Translations under genes and position numbers: made by a program
Shown here: one piece after another, positions 41,986-50,969 of the stretch
Position numbering within the stretch: the stretch's first letter is position 1
How the letters are laid out: every line of letters begins with the position of its first letter
Origin: Omnitrophica bacterium GWA2_41_15
GTDB lineage: Bacteria; Omnitrophota; Gorgyraeia; Gygaellales; Profunditerraquicolaceae
Assembly: GCA_919902445.1 (NCBI GenBank)
Contig: CAKKQZ010000052.1
Coordinates: 1-54,113 of the forward strand
Reading direction: 5' to 3'
DNA: 54,113 nucleotides
The notes under the pieces: generated by a model
The model's database searches: none
The model's input: the letters and a program-made list of their open reading frames with translations, nothing else
Told to the model about the DNA's origin: nothing

Positions 41986-43149
41986 TTATTTATTTTCGTA
42001 AAGAGGGGACATTGCGCGTAATTTATCTACTATTCTTGGAAGGCACTCTAAAAGATAGTTGACGTCGCCTTCTTTTGTCCATCTGCCCATGGTAATCCTC
42101 AATGAACCGTGGGCGATTTCATGGGATAAACCGATAGCCAGCAGAACATGCGATGGCTCTAAGGAACTCGACGTGCACGCAGAGCCGGTTGATGCTGCCA
42201 GCCCAAGCATATCCAAACTCAACAGAATGGATTCCCCTTCAATGTATTTTATAGAAAAGTTTACATTATTCGGAAGCCGCTTGGTAGGATGGCCGTTTAG
42301 ATAAACCTCTTTAATTTTTTCCGGAATCTCTTTTATAAGATTGTCGCGCAAGGCGGCCTGGAACTTTGCCTCTTTATCCATTTTTTCGCGGCTTAAATTT
42401 ACAGCTTTCCCCAATCCCACTATGCCTGTTAAATTATGCGTAGATGCGCGCCTTCCTTTTTCCTGGTCTCCTCCGTGCATAAACCTATCAATACGCGTGC
42501 CTTTTCTTATGTATAAAGCGCCCGCTCCTTTAGGGCCGTAGAATTTATGAGCTGAAAGCGAAAGCAGGTCTACATTTAGTTCGTTTACATTAACGGGTAT
42601 ATGCCCTACCGTCTGTACTGCGTCCGTATGAAAATAAACCCCTTTTTCTTTTGCTATTTTACCGATTTCCGCGATAGGCTGGATTGTGCCGATTTCATTA
42701 TTGGCATGCATTATTGAAATAAGGATTGTCTTATTGTTAATCGCAGCTTTAACATCATCCGGAGAAATCAGGCCGAATTTATCGACCGGGACATAAGTGA
42801 CGCTAAACCCCTTCTTCTCCAAAAATTTACACGGCTCACTTACAGCGTGATGCTCTATAACCGAAGTAATAATATGATTGCCCTTCTTTTCTAAAGCAGA
42901 GGCAACGCCTTTTAAGGCAAAATTATCCGATTCCGTGCCCCCTGAAGTAAAAACAATCTCTTCCGGTTTTGCGCCTAAAAATAATGCCAGCGTTTCGCGG
43001 CTGTCTTCAATAGCCTTTTTTGCCTCCTGTCCGAAAGAATGTATGCTCGAAGCATTCCCGAACTTCGTAAAAAAATATGGCTCCATCGCCTTGACCACTT
43101 CCGGGTCGCAAGGAGTGGTTGCCGCATAATCTAAATATATTCTTTCCAT
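41986..43149 (-). CDS. cysteine desulfurase (NifS/IscS type)
   Basis: 387 aa. SAHKFYGPKG (PLP Lys) and GSACTSS (catalytic Cys). Confidence 0.9.
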   Translation of the reverse strand: MERIYLDYAATTPCDPEVVKAMEPYFFTKFGNASSIHSFGQEAKKAIEDSRETLALFLGAKPEEIVFTSGGTESDNFALKGVASALEKKGNHIITSVIEHHAVSEPCKFLEKKGFSVTYVPVDKFGLISPDDVKAAINNKTILISIMHANNEIGTIQPIAEIGKIAKEKGVYFHTDAVQTVGHIPVNVNELNVDLLSLSAHKFYGPKGAGALYIRKGTRIDRFMHGGDQEKGRRASTHNLTGIVGLGKAVNLSREKMDKEAKFQAALRDNLIKEIPEKIKEVYLNGHPTKRLPNNVNFSIKYIEGESILLSLDMLGLAASTGSACTSSSLEPSHVLLAIGLSHEIAHGSLRITMGRWTKEGDVNYLLECLPRIVDKLRAMSPLYENK

Positions 43150-43940
43150 TATTTAATCACCTCATTCATACTTCCTGTCCGGTATCCTTCCAGATCCAGG
43201 GTTATATAATTATAACCCATTTTTTTTAATCTGCCGGCCACAAGATCGCTCTTGTGCGCCAAAAGGCTGATTTCACTTTTTGCTACCTCTATGCGGCAGA
43301 GCCCATCGTAGTGCCTTAACCTTACCTGCTTAAACCCTGCCTTCCTCAAAAATTCCTCTGCTTTGTTTATCCGGCTTAAAACAGGAGAAGAAATTTTCTT
43401 TCCGTAAGGTATTCTTGATGCCAGACAGGCAAGTTGAGGTTTATCCCATGTCTTAAGGCCCAATTTTTTGCTAAATATCCGGATATCTTCTTTGGTAAAA
43501 CCGGCTTCCTGAAGGGGAGAACGCACGCCCAGTTCATTTTTAGCGATACTCCCAGGCCGGAAATCTTTTTTGTCGGATACATTGCTTGCGTCAGCCACAA
43601 AATTTAACCTGGTATCTTTAGCTATCTTCCTTAATCTGCTGAATAGTTCGCTTTTACAAAAATAGCAGCGGTCAACGGGATTCTTGATAAAATTTTTATC
43701 TTCCAGTTCCAGCGTTTTAATGACTTTATGCCTTACCCCCAGCTCTCTTGCCATTTTTTTAGAAAATTTCAGTTCCTGACTTTGGTATGTCGGAGAATCT
43801 GCGGTAACCGCTAAAACCTTACTCCCCAAACAATCACGGGCTACCTTCAAAAGAAATGTGCTATCCACTCCTGCGGAATAAGCAACTAATACGGAACCCA
43901 TTTCTTTTAATATTGATTTAAGTTTTTTTAGTTTATCCAT
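43149..43940 (-). CDS. PP-loop ATP pyrophosphatase, LarE-like sulfur transferase family
   Basis: 263 aa. AYSAGVDSTFLL PP-loop. ATGA-type overlap with the desulfurase gene. Confidence 0.7.
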   Translation of the reverse strand: MDKLKKLKSILKEMGSVLVAYSAGVDSTFLLKVARDCLGSKVLAVTADSPTYQSQELKFSKKMARELGVRHKVIKTLELEDKNFIKNPVDRCYFCKSELFSRLRKIAKDTRLNFVADASNVSDKKDFRPGSIAKNELGVRSPLQEAGFTKEDIRIFSKKLGLKTWDKPQLACLASRIPYGKKISSPVLSRINKAEEFLRKAGFKQVRLRHYDGLCRIEVAKSEISLLAHKSDLVAGRLKKMGYNYITLDLEGYRTGSMNEVIK

Positions 43941-44010
43941 TTAGAAATGCGCTTCCATCGCGCGCGCGAAGAGAGGCTTATGACACAAGGTTAGCAGGCC
44001 TTCATTAGCT

Positions 44011-44232
44011 TTATAGCGCGATTATCTCCTTTATCTCTGGAACCTCCTGCCTTAAAACCCTTTCTACCCCTGTCTTTAAAGTCATCTGAGACATCGGGCA
44101 GCATCCGCAGGTGCCGGTAAGTTTTAACTTCACTACTCCATCGGGAGTAACCTCCACCAATTCCACATTTCCGCCATCAGCCATAAGCATGGGGCGTATC
44201 TTATCAAGCGCTTTCTCTACTCTTTCTCTCAT
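44011..44232 (-). CDS. NifU C-terminal-like (Nfu) Fe-S scaffold domain protein
   Basis: 73 aa from MRERVEK (ATG 44232 after AAGGAGAGAG). ADGGNVELV and GTCGCCPMS motifs. Confidence 0.85.
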   Translation of the reverse strand: MRERVEKALDKIRPMLMADGGNVELVEVTPDGVVKLKLTGTCGCCPMSQMTLKTGVERVLRQEVPEIKEIIAL

Positions 44233-44242
44233 CGCTCTCTCC

Positions 44243-44340
44243 TTAATGAGCACATAACTTACGAACACGATAGTGTGAGTAAGTTATTGTGCGAATTAAT
44301 CCCGCATCTTGCCTTCCAAGGGAACAGCGGGAGAAGTTCA
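44243..44340 (-). repeat. hairpin cassette (modules C-A) forming the nfu 5' UTR
   Basis: A 44243-44297 (GCACATAACTTAC...GTAAGTTATTGTGC, TTAAT on both flanks). C 44298-44340. Confidence 0.85.
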
Positions 44341-44343
44341 ATA

Positions 44344-44372
44344 ATTATACCATTTAACCGGCAAAAAGGCAA
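44344..44372 (-). promoter_or_regulatory. sigma70-like promoter TTGCCT-N17-TGgTATAAT
   Basis: Minus strand: TTGCCT (44372-44367), 17-nt spacer ending in TGG, TATAAT (44349-44344). Confidence 0.55.
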
Positions 44373-44508
44373 ATAACCGCACATAATATAACCCCTGCTG
44401 CCTCTAAACAAAATAAAATTCTTGCTTAAAAGCTTGATTAATGCCGCTTCAACAAATTTTTTACCCACTTTTATTCTTTTATATTTAAACATGCTGCAGT
44501 TTTACTTT

Positions 44509-45135
44509 TTAAAAACCTTCTACGGCCTTTAATACTGCATTCTTTGCTTCTTCTATCTTTTTTTGTAATAATTCCGGCCCCATATCAGCGGGCTGTAAAT
44601 TTATAAAATTTATATCTGCTATGCCTACAAATCCAAAGATGGCGCGTAAATACGGCTCTTGAAAATCATAACCCTGGGCAGGTGTCCCCGGGCTATAATC
44701 TCCTCCGCGGCTAGTGATAACCATCATCTTTTTATTTTTAACTAAGCCTTCTATACCGTTTGCAGCATAGCGGAAAAGGTACTTTGGCTGGATAATGATG
44801 TCTATATATTGTTTAAGAGGGTATGGTATATGAAAATTCCACATTGGAGTTGAAATAAGGTAAGCGTCAGCCAAAAGAAAACGCTCGATGTGCCGTATCA
44901 CCGGATTCCAAGCATCCTTAAGTTTATCAGTCAGCTCCTTACCCCCTAACAATTCGTATTTTCCGGACACAACCTTTAACGTAATAGGAGGCAGCTCTTC
45001 TGTCATAACGTTTAATTCGTCTATACAGCAATCCGGGTATTTTTTTCGAAAGGCATCCAGAAATACTGCCGATACCTTAAGGGTGCGCGATTCTTCCTGC
45101 CTGGGTGTGGCAATAATAGAAAAAAGTCTTTTCAC
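44509..45135 (-). CDS. FMN-dependent NADH-azoreductase / flavodoxin-like fold reductase
   Basis: 208 aa. AzoR/AcpD-like N-terminus and length. Confidence 0.7.
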   Translation of the reverse strand: MKRLFSIIATPRQEESRTLKVSAVFLDAFRKKYPDCCIDELNVMTEELPPITLKVVSGKYELLGGKELTDKLKDAWNPVIRHIERFLLADAYLISTPMWNFHIPYPLKQYIDIIIQPKYLFRYAANGIEGLVKNKKMMVITSRGGDYSPGTPAQGYDFQEPYLRAIFGFVGIADINFINLQPADMGPELLQKKIEEAKNAVLKAVEGF

Positions 45136-45155
45136 TTTTCACCTCATATTTTTAC

Positions 45156-46061
45156 TTAAAACCTATGCTCGGATAAATACCTGAATGCGCTTAAAGTTGC
45201 TTTTGAACCTTCTCCTGCGGCAATTATGATCTGTTTCTCCGGAACATCCGTGACATCCCCTGAAGCAAAAATCCCGGGGATATTGGTTTCGTTTCGGTTA
45301 TTGATTTTGATTTCTCCCGCCTGATTTTTTTCAATATCTTTAGCGAATTCTGAATTTGGTATAAGGCCGATTTCAACAAACACTCCGCCAACCGCCAAGG
45401 ATTCTTCCCTGCCTTCTCGTTTTACTTTAATGCCGTTAACCATTTTTACTCCTGATACGGCAGTAACCTGGCTATTATTTAAAACAGTTACTATCTCGCT
45501 CTCCTCCACCTTCTGGCGCATTACAGCGTCACCGCCTAAGCAAGAAGTAATATTAATAAGATAAATATATTTTGCGATTTTCATTAACTGCAAAGTTGCG
45601 TCAAGCGCGGAGTTTCCTCCTCCGATAACAGCTACATCCCTGCCGGAAAAAAGCGGCGCATCGCAGGTAGCGCAATATGTAAGCCCTAAGTTTTTAAACT
45701 CTTTTTCTCCCGGGACATTAAGTTCCCGCGTCCTTTTTCCGGAAGCAATAATCGCACTTCTTGCTTCATAGCTGCCTTTATCAGTCGTAACCGTAATTAT
45801 ATCCCCTTCTTTCTTTAAAGCTATTGCGCCTTCATTCTCTTTTAACTCAATATCGTACTTACGCAGATGCTCTTCGAATTTAACCGCAAGCTCTGGCCCG
45901 GTAATAAACTGATAGCCGGTGTAATTTTCAATATCCCCGCTCCATGCCGCCTGCCCGCCGATATCCTTGGAGACAACTAAAGATTTCATCTTCTTTCGGG
46001 CAGCATATACGGCAGCGGTAATCCCTGCCGGCCCGGCACCGATAATTATTAAGTCATACAT
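45156..46061 (-). CDS. trxB: thioredoxin-disulfide reductase-like flavoprotein
   Basis: 301 aa. IIGAGPAG, redox-active CATCD, GGGNSA. Confidence 0.85.
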   Translation of the reverse strand: MYDLIIIGAGPAGITAAVYAARKKMKSLVVSKDIGGQAAWSGDIENYTGYQFITGPELAVKFEEHLRKYDIELKENEGAIALKKEGDIITVTTDKGSYEARSAIIASGKRTRELNVPGEKEFKNLGLTYCATCDAPLFSGRDVAVIGGGNSALDATLQLMKIAKYIYLINITSCLGGDAVMRQKVEESEIVTVLNNSQVTAVSGVKMVNGIKVKREGREESLAVGGVFVEIGLIPNSEFAKDIEKNQAGEIKINNRNETNIPGIFASGDVTDVPEKQIIIAAGEGSKATLSAFRYLSEHRF

Positions 46062-46116
46062 ATTCGTGAAATATAGATGAACCTGAAAATTTTCGTGAGA
46101 AAATTGGCAGGTTCAT

Positions 46117-46353
46117 CTATAACCCTAAAGCGGTCTTTATCTTCTCCTTGTCAAACCCTACTATAATGTTTCCATCTATATCCAATACAGGAACGCCCAT
46201 CTGCCCGGATTTCTGGACCATCTCTTCTGACGCTGGCTGGTTTGTGGAAACATCCAAATCCTGATAAATGATATTATTGTCTTTTAAGAACTGCTTGAGC
46301 CGCATGCACCAGGGACAAATCGGGGTGCTATATATTTTAACATTTACAGCCAT
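46117..46353 (-). CDS. glutaredoxin-like small thiol-disulfide protein
   Basis: 78 aa. CPWC active site. Confidence 0.8.
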   Translation of the reverse strand: MAVNVKIYSTPICPWCMRLKQFLKDNNIIYQDLDVSTNQPASEEMVQKSGQMGVPVLDIDGNIIVGFDKEKIKTALGL

Positions 46354-46371
46354 TAAACTTCCTCCTTAAGA

Positions 46372-46848
46372 TTATAATACCTTCTTTAAATTGGTTAATT
46401 GCACCAAATGAGACTCTTCCTGCGCAATAAGCTCATGGAGTATTTTCTGATCGCATTCCGGCACCATCCTCTTCATCCCTTCATAAAAAACAATAGAATC
46501 TTTTTCAAAGCCTATACCCCTCTCAACCGCCTCTTTATCGCTTTTTATACCCTTGGCGATTTCCTCGCCCCTTTCTTTCTGCGTAAAGACATATCCGCTT
46601 GCCAAAGCATTCATATATGCGAAATACTCTCCCGGATACGCCTCAGCAGGCTCGTATTTTTCTACGGAATCAAAGATCTTTTGAAAAGTGGCTATATGTT
46701 TCTCTTCCTCTTTAGCTAAATATTTATATATTTCTTTTGCCTTTGCGCTATTTGAATTATTGAATAATATGTTGTAAAAATCCCTTCCGTTTTTTTCAAT
46801 CTGTATCCCTATTTCTACTATCTCACTTCCTGCAAATATGTTTCCCAT
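46372..46848 (-). CDS. ferritin-like / rubrerythrin-family diiron protein (no rubredoxin domain)
   Basis: 158 aa. ExxH pairs (EEEKH, QEESH). Confidence 0.7.
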   Translation of the reverse strand: MGNIFAGSEIVEIGIQIEKNGRDFYNILFNNSNSAKAKEIYKYLAKEEEKHIATFQKIFDSVEKYEPAEAYPGEYFAYMNALASGYVFTQKERGEEIAKGIKSDKEAVERGIGFEKDSIVFYEGMKRMVPECDQKILHELIAQEESHLVQLTNLKKVL

Positions 46849-46858
46849 AACGCTCTCC

Positions 46859-47320
46859 TTATTTAAGGTGGTGCGGGGTCAGGTCGATAATCTCACGGAC
46901 TTCCATTGCAATCATATATTTTGGGCTGGGTAGAAGTACCTCCGGGTGGCGCGCATGTCCCTTCTCCTCGCGAAGGTTCTTTAAAAGCCGCTGCGTCAAC
47001 CTGCTGGTTATCCTATCCTCCCAGGCTTTTATAATGTGGGGCTGGAGGCTTCCTTTATGTATAGTTACGGCTTTTCCTTTAAGGCAATAACCCCTGAATT
47101 TATGCTCATCAACAGCTGTGATAGTTATACGCGGATTACGCGTTATATTTGCGTATGTATTGCCCCGGTAAAGGTCAAGAAGATAAACCGTGCCGCTGAC
47201 GTTTATATCTACTATGCCTTTGCAGGCGCTGTGCGCTCCCCCGTCCCGGTCAATGGTTGAAACAATAACGAAGCTCTGGCTATGGAAAAACTGAACTACA
47301 TCTTCGGGTAATCTTTTCAT
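46859..47320 (-). CDS. pyridoxamine 5'-phosphate oxidase-family FMN-binding protein
   Basis: 153 aa. Split-barrel-like pattern. Moderate call from overall resemblance. Confidence 0.55.
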   Translation of the reverse strand: MKRLPEDVVQFFHSQSFVIVSTIDRDGGAHSACKGIVDINVSGTVYLLDLYRGNTYANITRNPRITITAVDEHKFRGYCLKGKAVTIHKGSLQPHIIKAWEDRITSRLTQRLLKNLREEKGHARHPEVLLPSPKYMIAMEVREIIDLTPHHLK

Positions 47321-47331
47321 TTCGGCCTTTT

Positions 47332-48507
47332 TTATTCAATCTCCTTAACTATTTTTCTACCGAACTGGAAACATTCCTCGCGCTGCTTTTGGAAAGGAAT
47401 ATATTTTATATCAATCCCCCCCAGCACCTTAAACCCTATTTTTTCAAGTTCCTCGTTTATTATCTTAACCGCTAACCCCTTGCTCCAGCCATAACTGCCG
47501 AAAGCAGCTGCCTTCTTATTCGGCGGCCTTATGCCTTTAAGAAAAGTCAAGAATCCTCCTACCGTAGGATAGAGGTTCATATTTAAAACAGGGGAGCCGA
47601 TAAGAATAAGGCGCGATTCGATAATTTCCCTGATTATTTCCGTCCAATCGCTTGAACGCAGGGAAAAGGCCCTCACCGGCACGCCTTCGTGGATTATCCC
47701 GCGCGCTATCTCATCAGCCATTACGGCTGTACTCTGCCACATAGTATCAAAAACAATAGTTACTTTACGCTCAGATTCTCCGCTACTCCATTTTTTATAA
47801 GCGCCAAGGATTCTTTTCGGTTCCTTCCAGATTACTCCGTGCGCCGGAGCAATCATCTTGATATCAAGCGCCATCTCCTCTATTTCTTTAATCTTCTCCT
47901 GGACCATATTGGAATAAACGCTCACGATTACGGCAAAATATTTTGTGAACTCTTCAAATGCTTCATGGCCGACCTCATCATCAAAACGTTGGGCGGTTGC
48001 AATATGCTGGCCAAAGGCATCGTTGGAAAAAAGGATCTTGTCTTCCTTTGCATAAGTAAACATATTATCCGGCCAGTGCAGCATTTTTGCCTCTATGAAC
48101 ATAAGCGTCTTTTTACCGAGTGTAAGCCTATCCCCTGTTTTAACTGCCCGGGCATCCCAGTCGGTGCCAAAATGCGAGGCCAGGTTCTCCTTGCCTGCCT
48201 GCGTGCAAATAACTTTAGCTTTTGTAGCGGCTTTCATTAATTCCGGGAGTGCGCCTGAGTGGTCCTGTTCAGAGTGCTGAGAAATACAATAGTCTATTTT
48301 TGCGGGGTCGATTATTTCTCTTATCTTTTCAAGCATTTCCGCTTCAAAACCGCCCTTTACAGTATCTATGAGCGCGATTTTCTCATCTTTGATAAGGTAT
48401 GCATTGTAAGTCGTTCCGCGGGGCGTATTATATGAACCGCAGGAACGAAGATTCCAGTCAATGGCCCCAACCCAATAAATATCGGAAGCTATTTTTATAG
48501 CCGGCAT
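47332..48507 (-). CDS. flavodiiron protein (FprA / O2- or NO-reductase type)
   Basis: 391 aa. Metallo-beta-lactamase-like domain with HSEQDHSG plus a C-terminal flavodoxin domain. Confidence 0.88.
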   Translation of the reverse strand: MPAIKIASDIYWVGAIDWNLRSCGSYNTPRGTTYNAYLIKDEKIALIDTVKGGFEAEMLEKIREIIDPAKIDYCISQHSEQDHSGALPELMKAATKAKVICTQAGKENLASHFGTDWDARAVKTGDRLTLGKKTLMFIEAKMLHWPDNMFTYAKEDKILFSNDAFGQHIATAQRFDDEVGHEAFEEFTKYFAVIVSVYSNMVQEKIKEIEEMALDIKMIAPAHGVIWKEPKRILGAYKKWSSGESERKVTIVFDTMWQSTAVMADEIARGIIHEGVPVRAFSLRSSDWTEIIREIIESRLILIGSPVLNMNLYPTVGGFLTFLKGIRPPNKKAAAFGSYGWSKGLAVKIINEELEKIGFKVLGGIDIKYIPFQKQREECFQFGRKIVKEIE

Positions 48508-48525
48508 ATTATCCCCCCACTTTTT

Positions 48526-49233
48526 TTACTGATAACCGGTAAAATTTTCTGTAATGATATTTTCTTTTTTGATACCTAACTCTTCATTGAGTATCTCTTT
48601 CATCTCCTCAACCATTTTCACAGGCCCGCAAAGGTAAAATTTTCTCTTCCCAAAATCCGGGACTTCATTTTTTATAACCCTGCTGTTAATCAAACCGGCA
48701 GTGCATTTAAATCCGGGTTCAGGCTCGCAAAGTACGTGGGCAACCTTTAACCTGGGGTAAAGTTTCTGCATCTGGTCAAAATCATCTTTAAAGACGGCAT
48801 CCTCTGCAGAACGGTTGGCATACACCAGGACCATATCCGTGCCTAAGTTTTCATCCACAACATACTTACAGATACTTCTTATGGGAGTAATCCCTATCCC
48901 TCCGGAAATAAAAGCCACTCTTGCCTGTGGATCTTCAAGTGTAAATTTGCCGAGAGGATACTGGACCCTTAGCGTGTCTAGCGGCTTTAAAACCTCAAGT
49001 GATTTAGAAAAATCGCTCTGCGTAATTTTTTTTGTAAATTCTATATAGCCGGTTTCTGTGGGAGAACTCGATATGGAAAGATATCTTTTACAAACCGGTT
49101 CCTGTTTAACTGAAACGCAGCAAAACTGCCCTGCTTTATAATCTATCGGCTCGCTGACTTCAAGGCGCACGCTTTTTACGTTATAGGCCCTTTGGATTAT
49201 TTCCTTAACCCTTAACTCGTATTCATTAGGCAT
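48526..49233 (-). CDS. FNR-like FAD/NAD(P)-binding oxidoreductase
   Basis: 235 aa. RYLSISS (RxYS) and GGIGITP. Confidence 0.75.
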   Translation of the reverse strand: MPNEYELRVKEIIQRAYNVKSVRLEVSEPIDYKAGQFCCVSVKQEPVCKRYLSISSSPTETGYIEFTKKITQSDFSKSLEVLKPLDTLRVQYPLGKFTLEDPQARVAFISGGIGITPIRSICKYVVDENLGTDMVLVYANRSAEDAVFKDDFDQMQKLYPRLKVAHVLCEPEPGFKCTAGLINSRVIKNEVPDFGKRKFYLCGPVKMVEEMKEILNEELGIKKENIITENFTGYQ

Positions 49234-49745
49234 TACTTCAATTTCTTGATTATCTCTTTGCAGAAAGCCGGCAAGTCATAAGGATTACGCGAAGTGATCA
49301 GGTTGCCATCCACCACCACATCCTTATCATAATACTCTGCGCCGGCATTGATTAAATCATCTTTTATGGCGGAAAAACCCGTTACCTTCTTGCCCTTTAG
49401 GATACCGCTTGAAACAAGCACCCACCCCGCATGGCATATTGCCGCAACAATTTTTCCTTGCTTAAACATCTCACTTACGAAACTATTTATTTCTGCGTGC
49501 CTTCTTAAGTAATCAGGGGCATAACCACCCGGGATAACTACAGCGTCAAAATCTTCTGCCCGGGCTGCTTTTATATTGAGCTCTTCAACCGCGGGGTAAC
49601 CTTCCTTGCTCTTATACTCTTTTTTGCCTGTCCCGATAAACACGGTGTTTATCCCTTCTTCGCGAAGGCGCAGATACGGGTACCAAACCTCTAAAACCTG
49701 ATATTGGTCTTCAACTAATACGCCAACCTTTTTCATCCCCCGCAT
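49233..49745 (-). CDS. DJ-1/PfpI family protein
   Basis: 170 aa. AAICHAG nucleophile elbow. Confidence 0.85.
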   Translation of the reverse strand: MRGMKKVGVLVEDQYQVLEVWYPYLRLREEGINTVFIGTGKKEYKSKEGYPAVEELNIKAARAEDFDAVVIPGGYAPDYLRRHAEINSFVSEMFKQGKIVAAICHAGWVLVSSGILKGKKVTGFSAIKDDLINAGAEYYDKDVVVDGNLITSRNPYDLPAFCKEIIKKLK

Positions 49746-50590
49746 CCTATCTCATCTATGAACTTAGCCATGATAAAGTCGTTTTCGCTTAAGCCCCCTA
49801 TTGCGTGAGTAGTAAGGGTTATTTTAACTTTATTGTAAATTATAGTTATCCCTGGATGATGCCCCTGTTCTTCGGCAATAACTGATACAAGGTCAAGAAA
49901 ATATTTTGCTTCTATAAAGTCCTTAAACTTAAATTCTTTTACTATTCTTTTATCCTCGGCCAACTGCCAGCCGCGGTATTGGGCAAGCAACCTATCGATT
50001 TTTTGTTTTGGCATAGGAGGGGTAGCGCCTTCGCAGGGCTTACAGTGAGAAGGTAATTCTTCTTTTATTGGCAATGCAGAATTTTTGATAATATCTTCAA
50101 GGTTTTTTAATACATCCTCATAATTGGGAGGGGTGGTTAATTCTTCTACTATCTGGATATATCTTAATATATCGTTTTTATCTACGATCACCACGCCTCT
50201 TGCCAAAAGATTCATTTCTTTAACCAAAACACCGTAATTTATACCAAAAGAGGAAGTCTTGTAATCGGAAAGGACCACTACATTTTTTATCTCATTAGCA
50301 GAACAAAATCTTTTTTGCGCGAAAGGCAGGTCTTTGCTAATACCGAGCACTACAACATCCGAAGATAGCCCGGAAGAGCTTTTGTTGAATTCTTTTAGCT
50401 GAAGGTCGCAGACAGAAGTATCCAGCGAAAGAAAGAATGTAATAACTTTAATCTTCCCTTTAAAATCAGCTAAACCGGATTCTTTTAATTCGCTTGAGAC
50501 TACCTTAAAATCTGGGGCTCTAATCCCAACTTTTATAGCCCTTCCAACTAAAGTTACCGGGCCCCCTTTAAAAGTCACATTTTTTGGCAT
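49733..50590 (-). CDS. thiol peroxidase (Tpx) fused to pterin-4a-carbinolamine dehydratase (PCD/DCoH) domain
   Basis: 285 aa. Residues about 1-170 are Tpx-like (SLDTSVC, LPFAQKRFC). Residues about 180-285 are PCD-like (EGHHPGITIIYNKVKITLTTHAIGGLSENDF). Confidence 0.8.
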   Translation of the reverse strand: MPKNVTFKGGPVTLVGRAIKVGIRAPDFKVVSSELKESGLADFKGKIKVITFFLSLDTSVCDLQLKEFNKSSSGLSSDVVVLGISKDLPFAQKRFCSANEIKNVVVLSDYKTSSFGINYGVLVKEMNLLARGVVIVDKNDILRYIQIVEELTTPPNYEDVLKNLEDIIKNSALPIKEELPSHCKPCEGATPPMPKQKIDRLLAQYRGWQLAEDKRIVKEFKFKDFIEAKYFLDLVSVIAEEQGHHPGITIIYNKVKITLTTHAIGGLSENDFIMAKFIDEIGCGG

Positions 50591-50612
50591 CTCCTGATTC
50601 CTAATTTATTTT

Positions 50613-50685
50613 TCCCCGACTCAATCATTTAGATTATCTGGGTCGGGATCCCGACACCCAAATTATAAAACTATTGTGTCGGGAC
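50613..50685 (-). repeat. CGGGATCCCG double-hairpin element between rubredoxin and tpx
   Basis: TCCCCGAC ... GTCGGGATCCCGAC ... GTGTCGGGAC. The distal arm overlaps the last codons of rubredoxin. Arms co-vary (CGAC/GTCG here, CGC/GCG elsewhere). Confidence 0.8.
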
Positions 50686-50832
50686 AAACTGATCCTTGCC
50701 TACCCCGCACTCTGGGCAAACCCAGGTATCGGGTAAGTCTTCAAAAGATGTTCCGGCAGGAATCCCTTGAGTTGAATCTCCGGCTGCAGGGTCGTAGATG
50801 TAACCGCAAACCAAACATTTATACTTATCCAT
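50671..50832 (-). CDS. rubredoxin (53 aa), absent from the supplied ORF track
   Basis: Hand-translated codon by codon: [53 protein letters not shown]. Has CxxCG...CPxCG. SD GGGAGGA lies upstream. Confidence 0.9.
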   Translation of the reverse strand: MDKYKCLVCGYIYDPAAGDSTQGIPAGTSFEDLPDTWVCPECGVGKDQFVPTQ

Positions 50833-50894
50833 ATTCTAATTCCTCCCTTAAATTACGCATAGAGCCCTCACGCCTGTAAAGACGCAAGGGCTTT

Positions 50895-50923
50895 ATTATA
50901 TCACGATTCCCCGCAATTGTTAA
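50895..50923 (-). promoter_or_regulatory. sigma70-like promoter TTAACA-N17-TGaTATAAT for the rubredoxin-led operon
   Basis: Minus strand: TTAACA (50923-50918), 17-nt spacer, extended -10 TGATATAAT (50903-50895). Followed by a 10-bp 5' hairpin (50863-50892) with G-U pairs only on the sense strand. Confidence 0.55.
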
Positions 50924-50969
50924 TTCATCTTCTTCCTCTTGTCCTCTTCTCCTATTCATTATTACTTGT

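Noticed and set aside
50676-50879. 67-aa plus-strand ORF.
   Set aside because: It is antisense to a canonical rubredoxin gene that explains the region.
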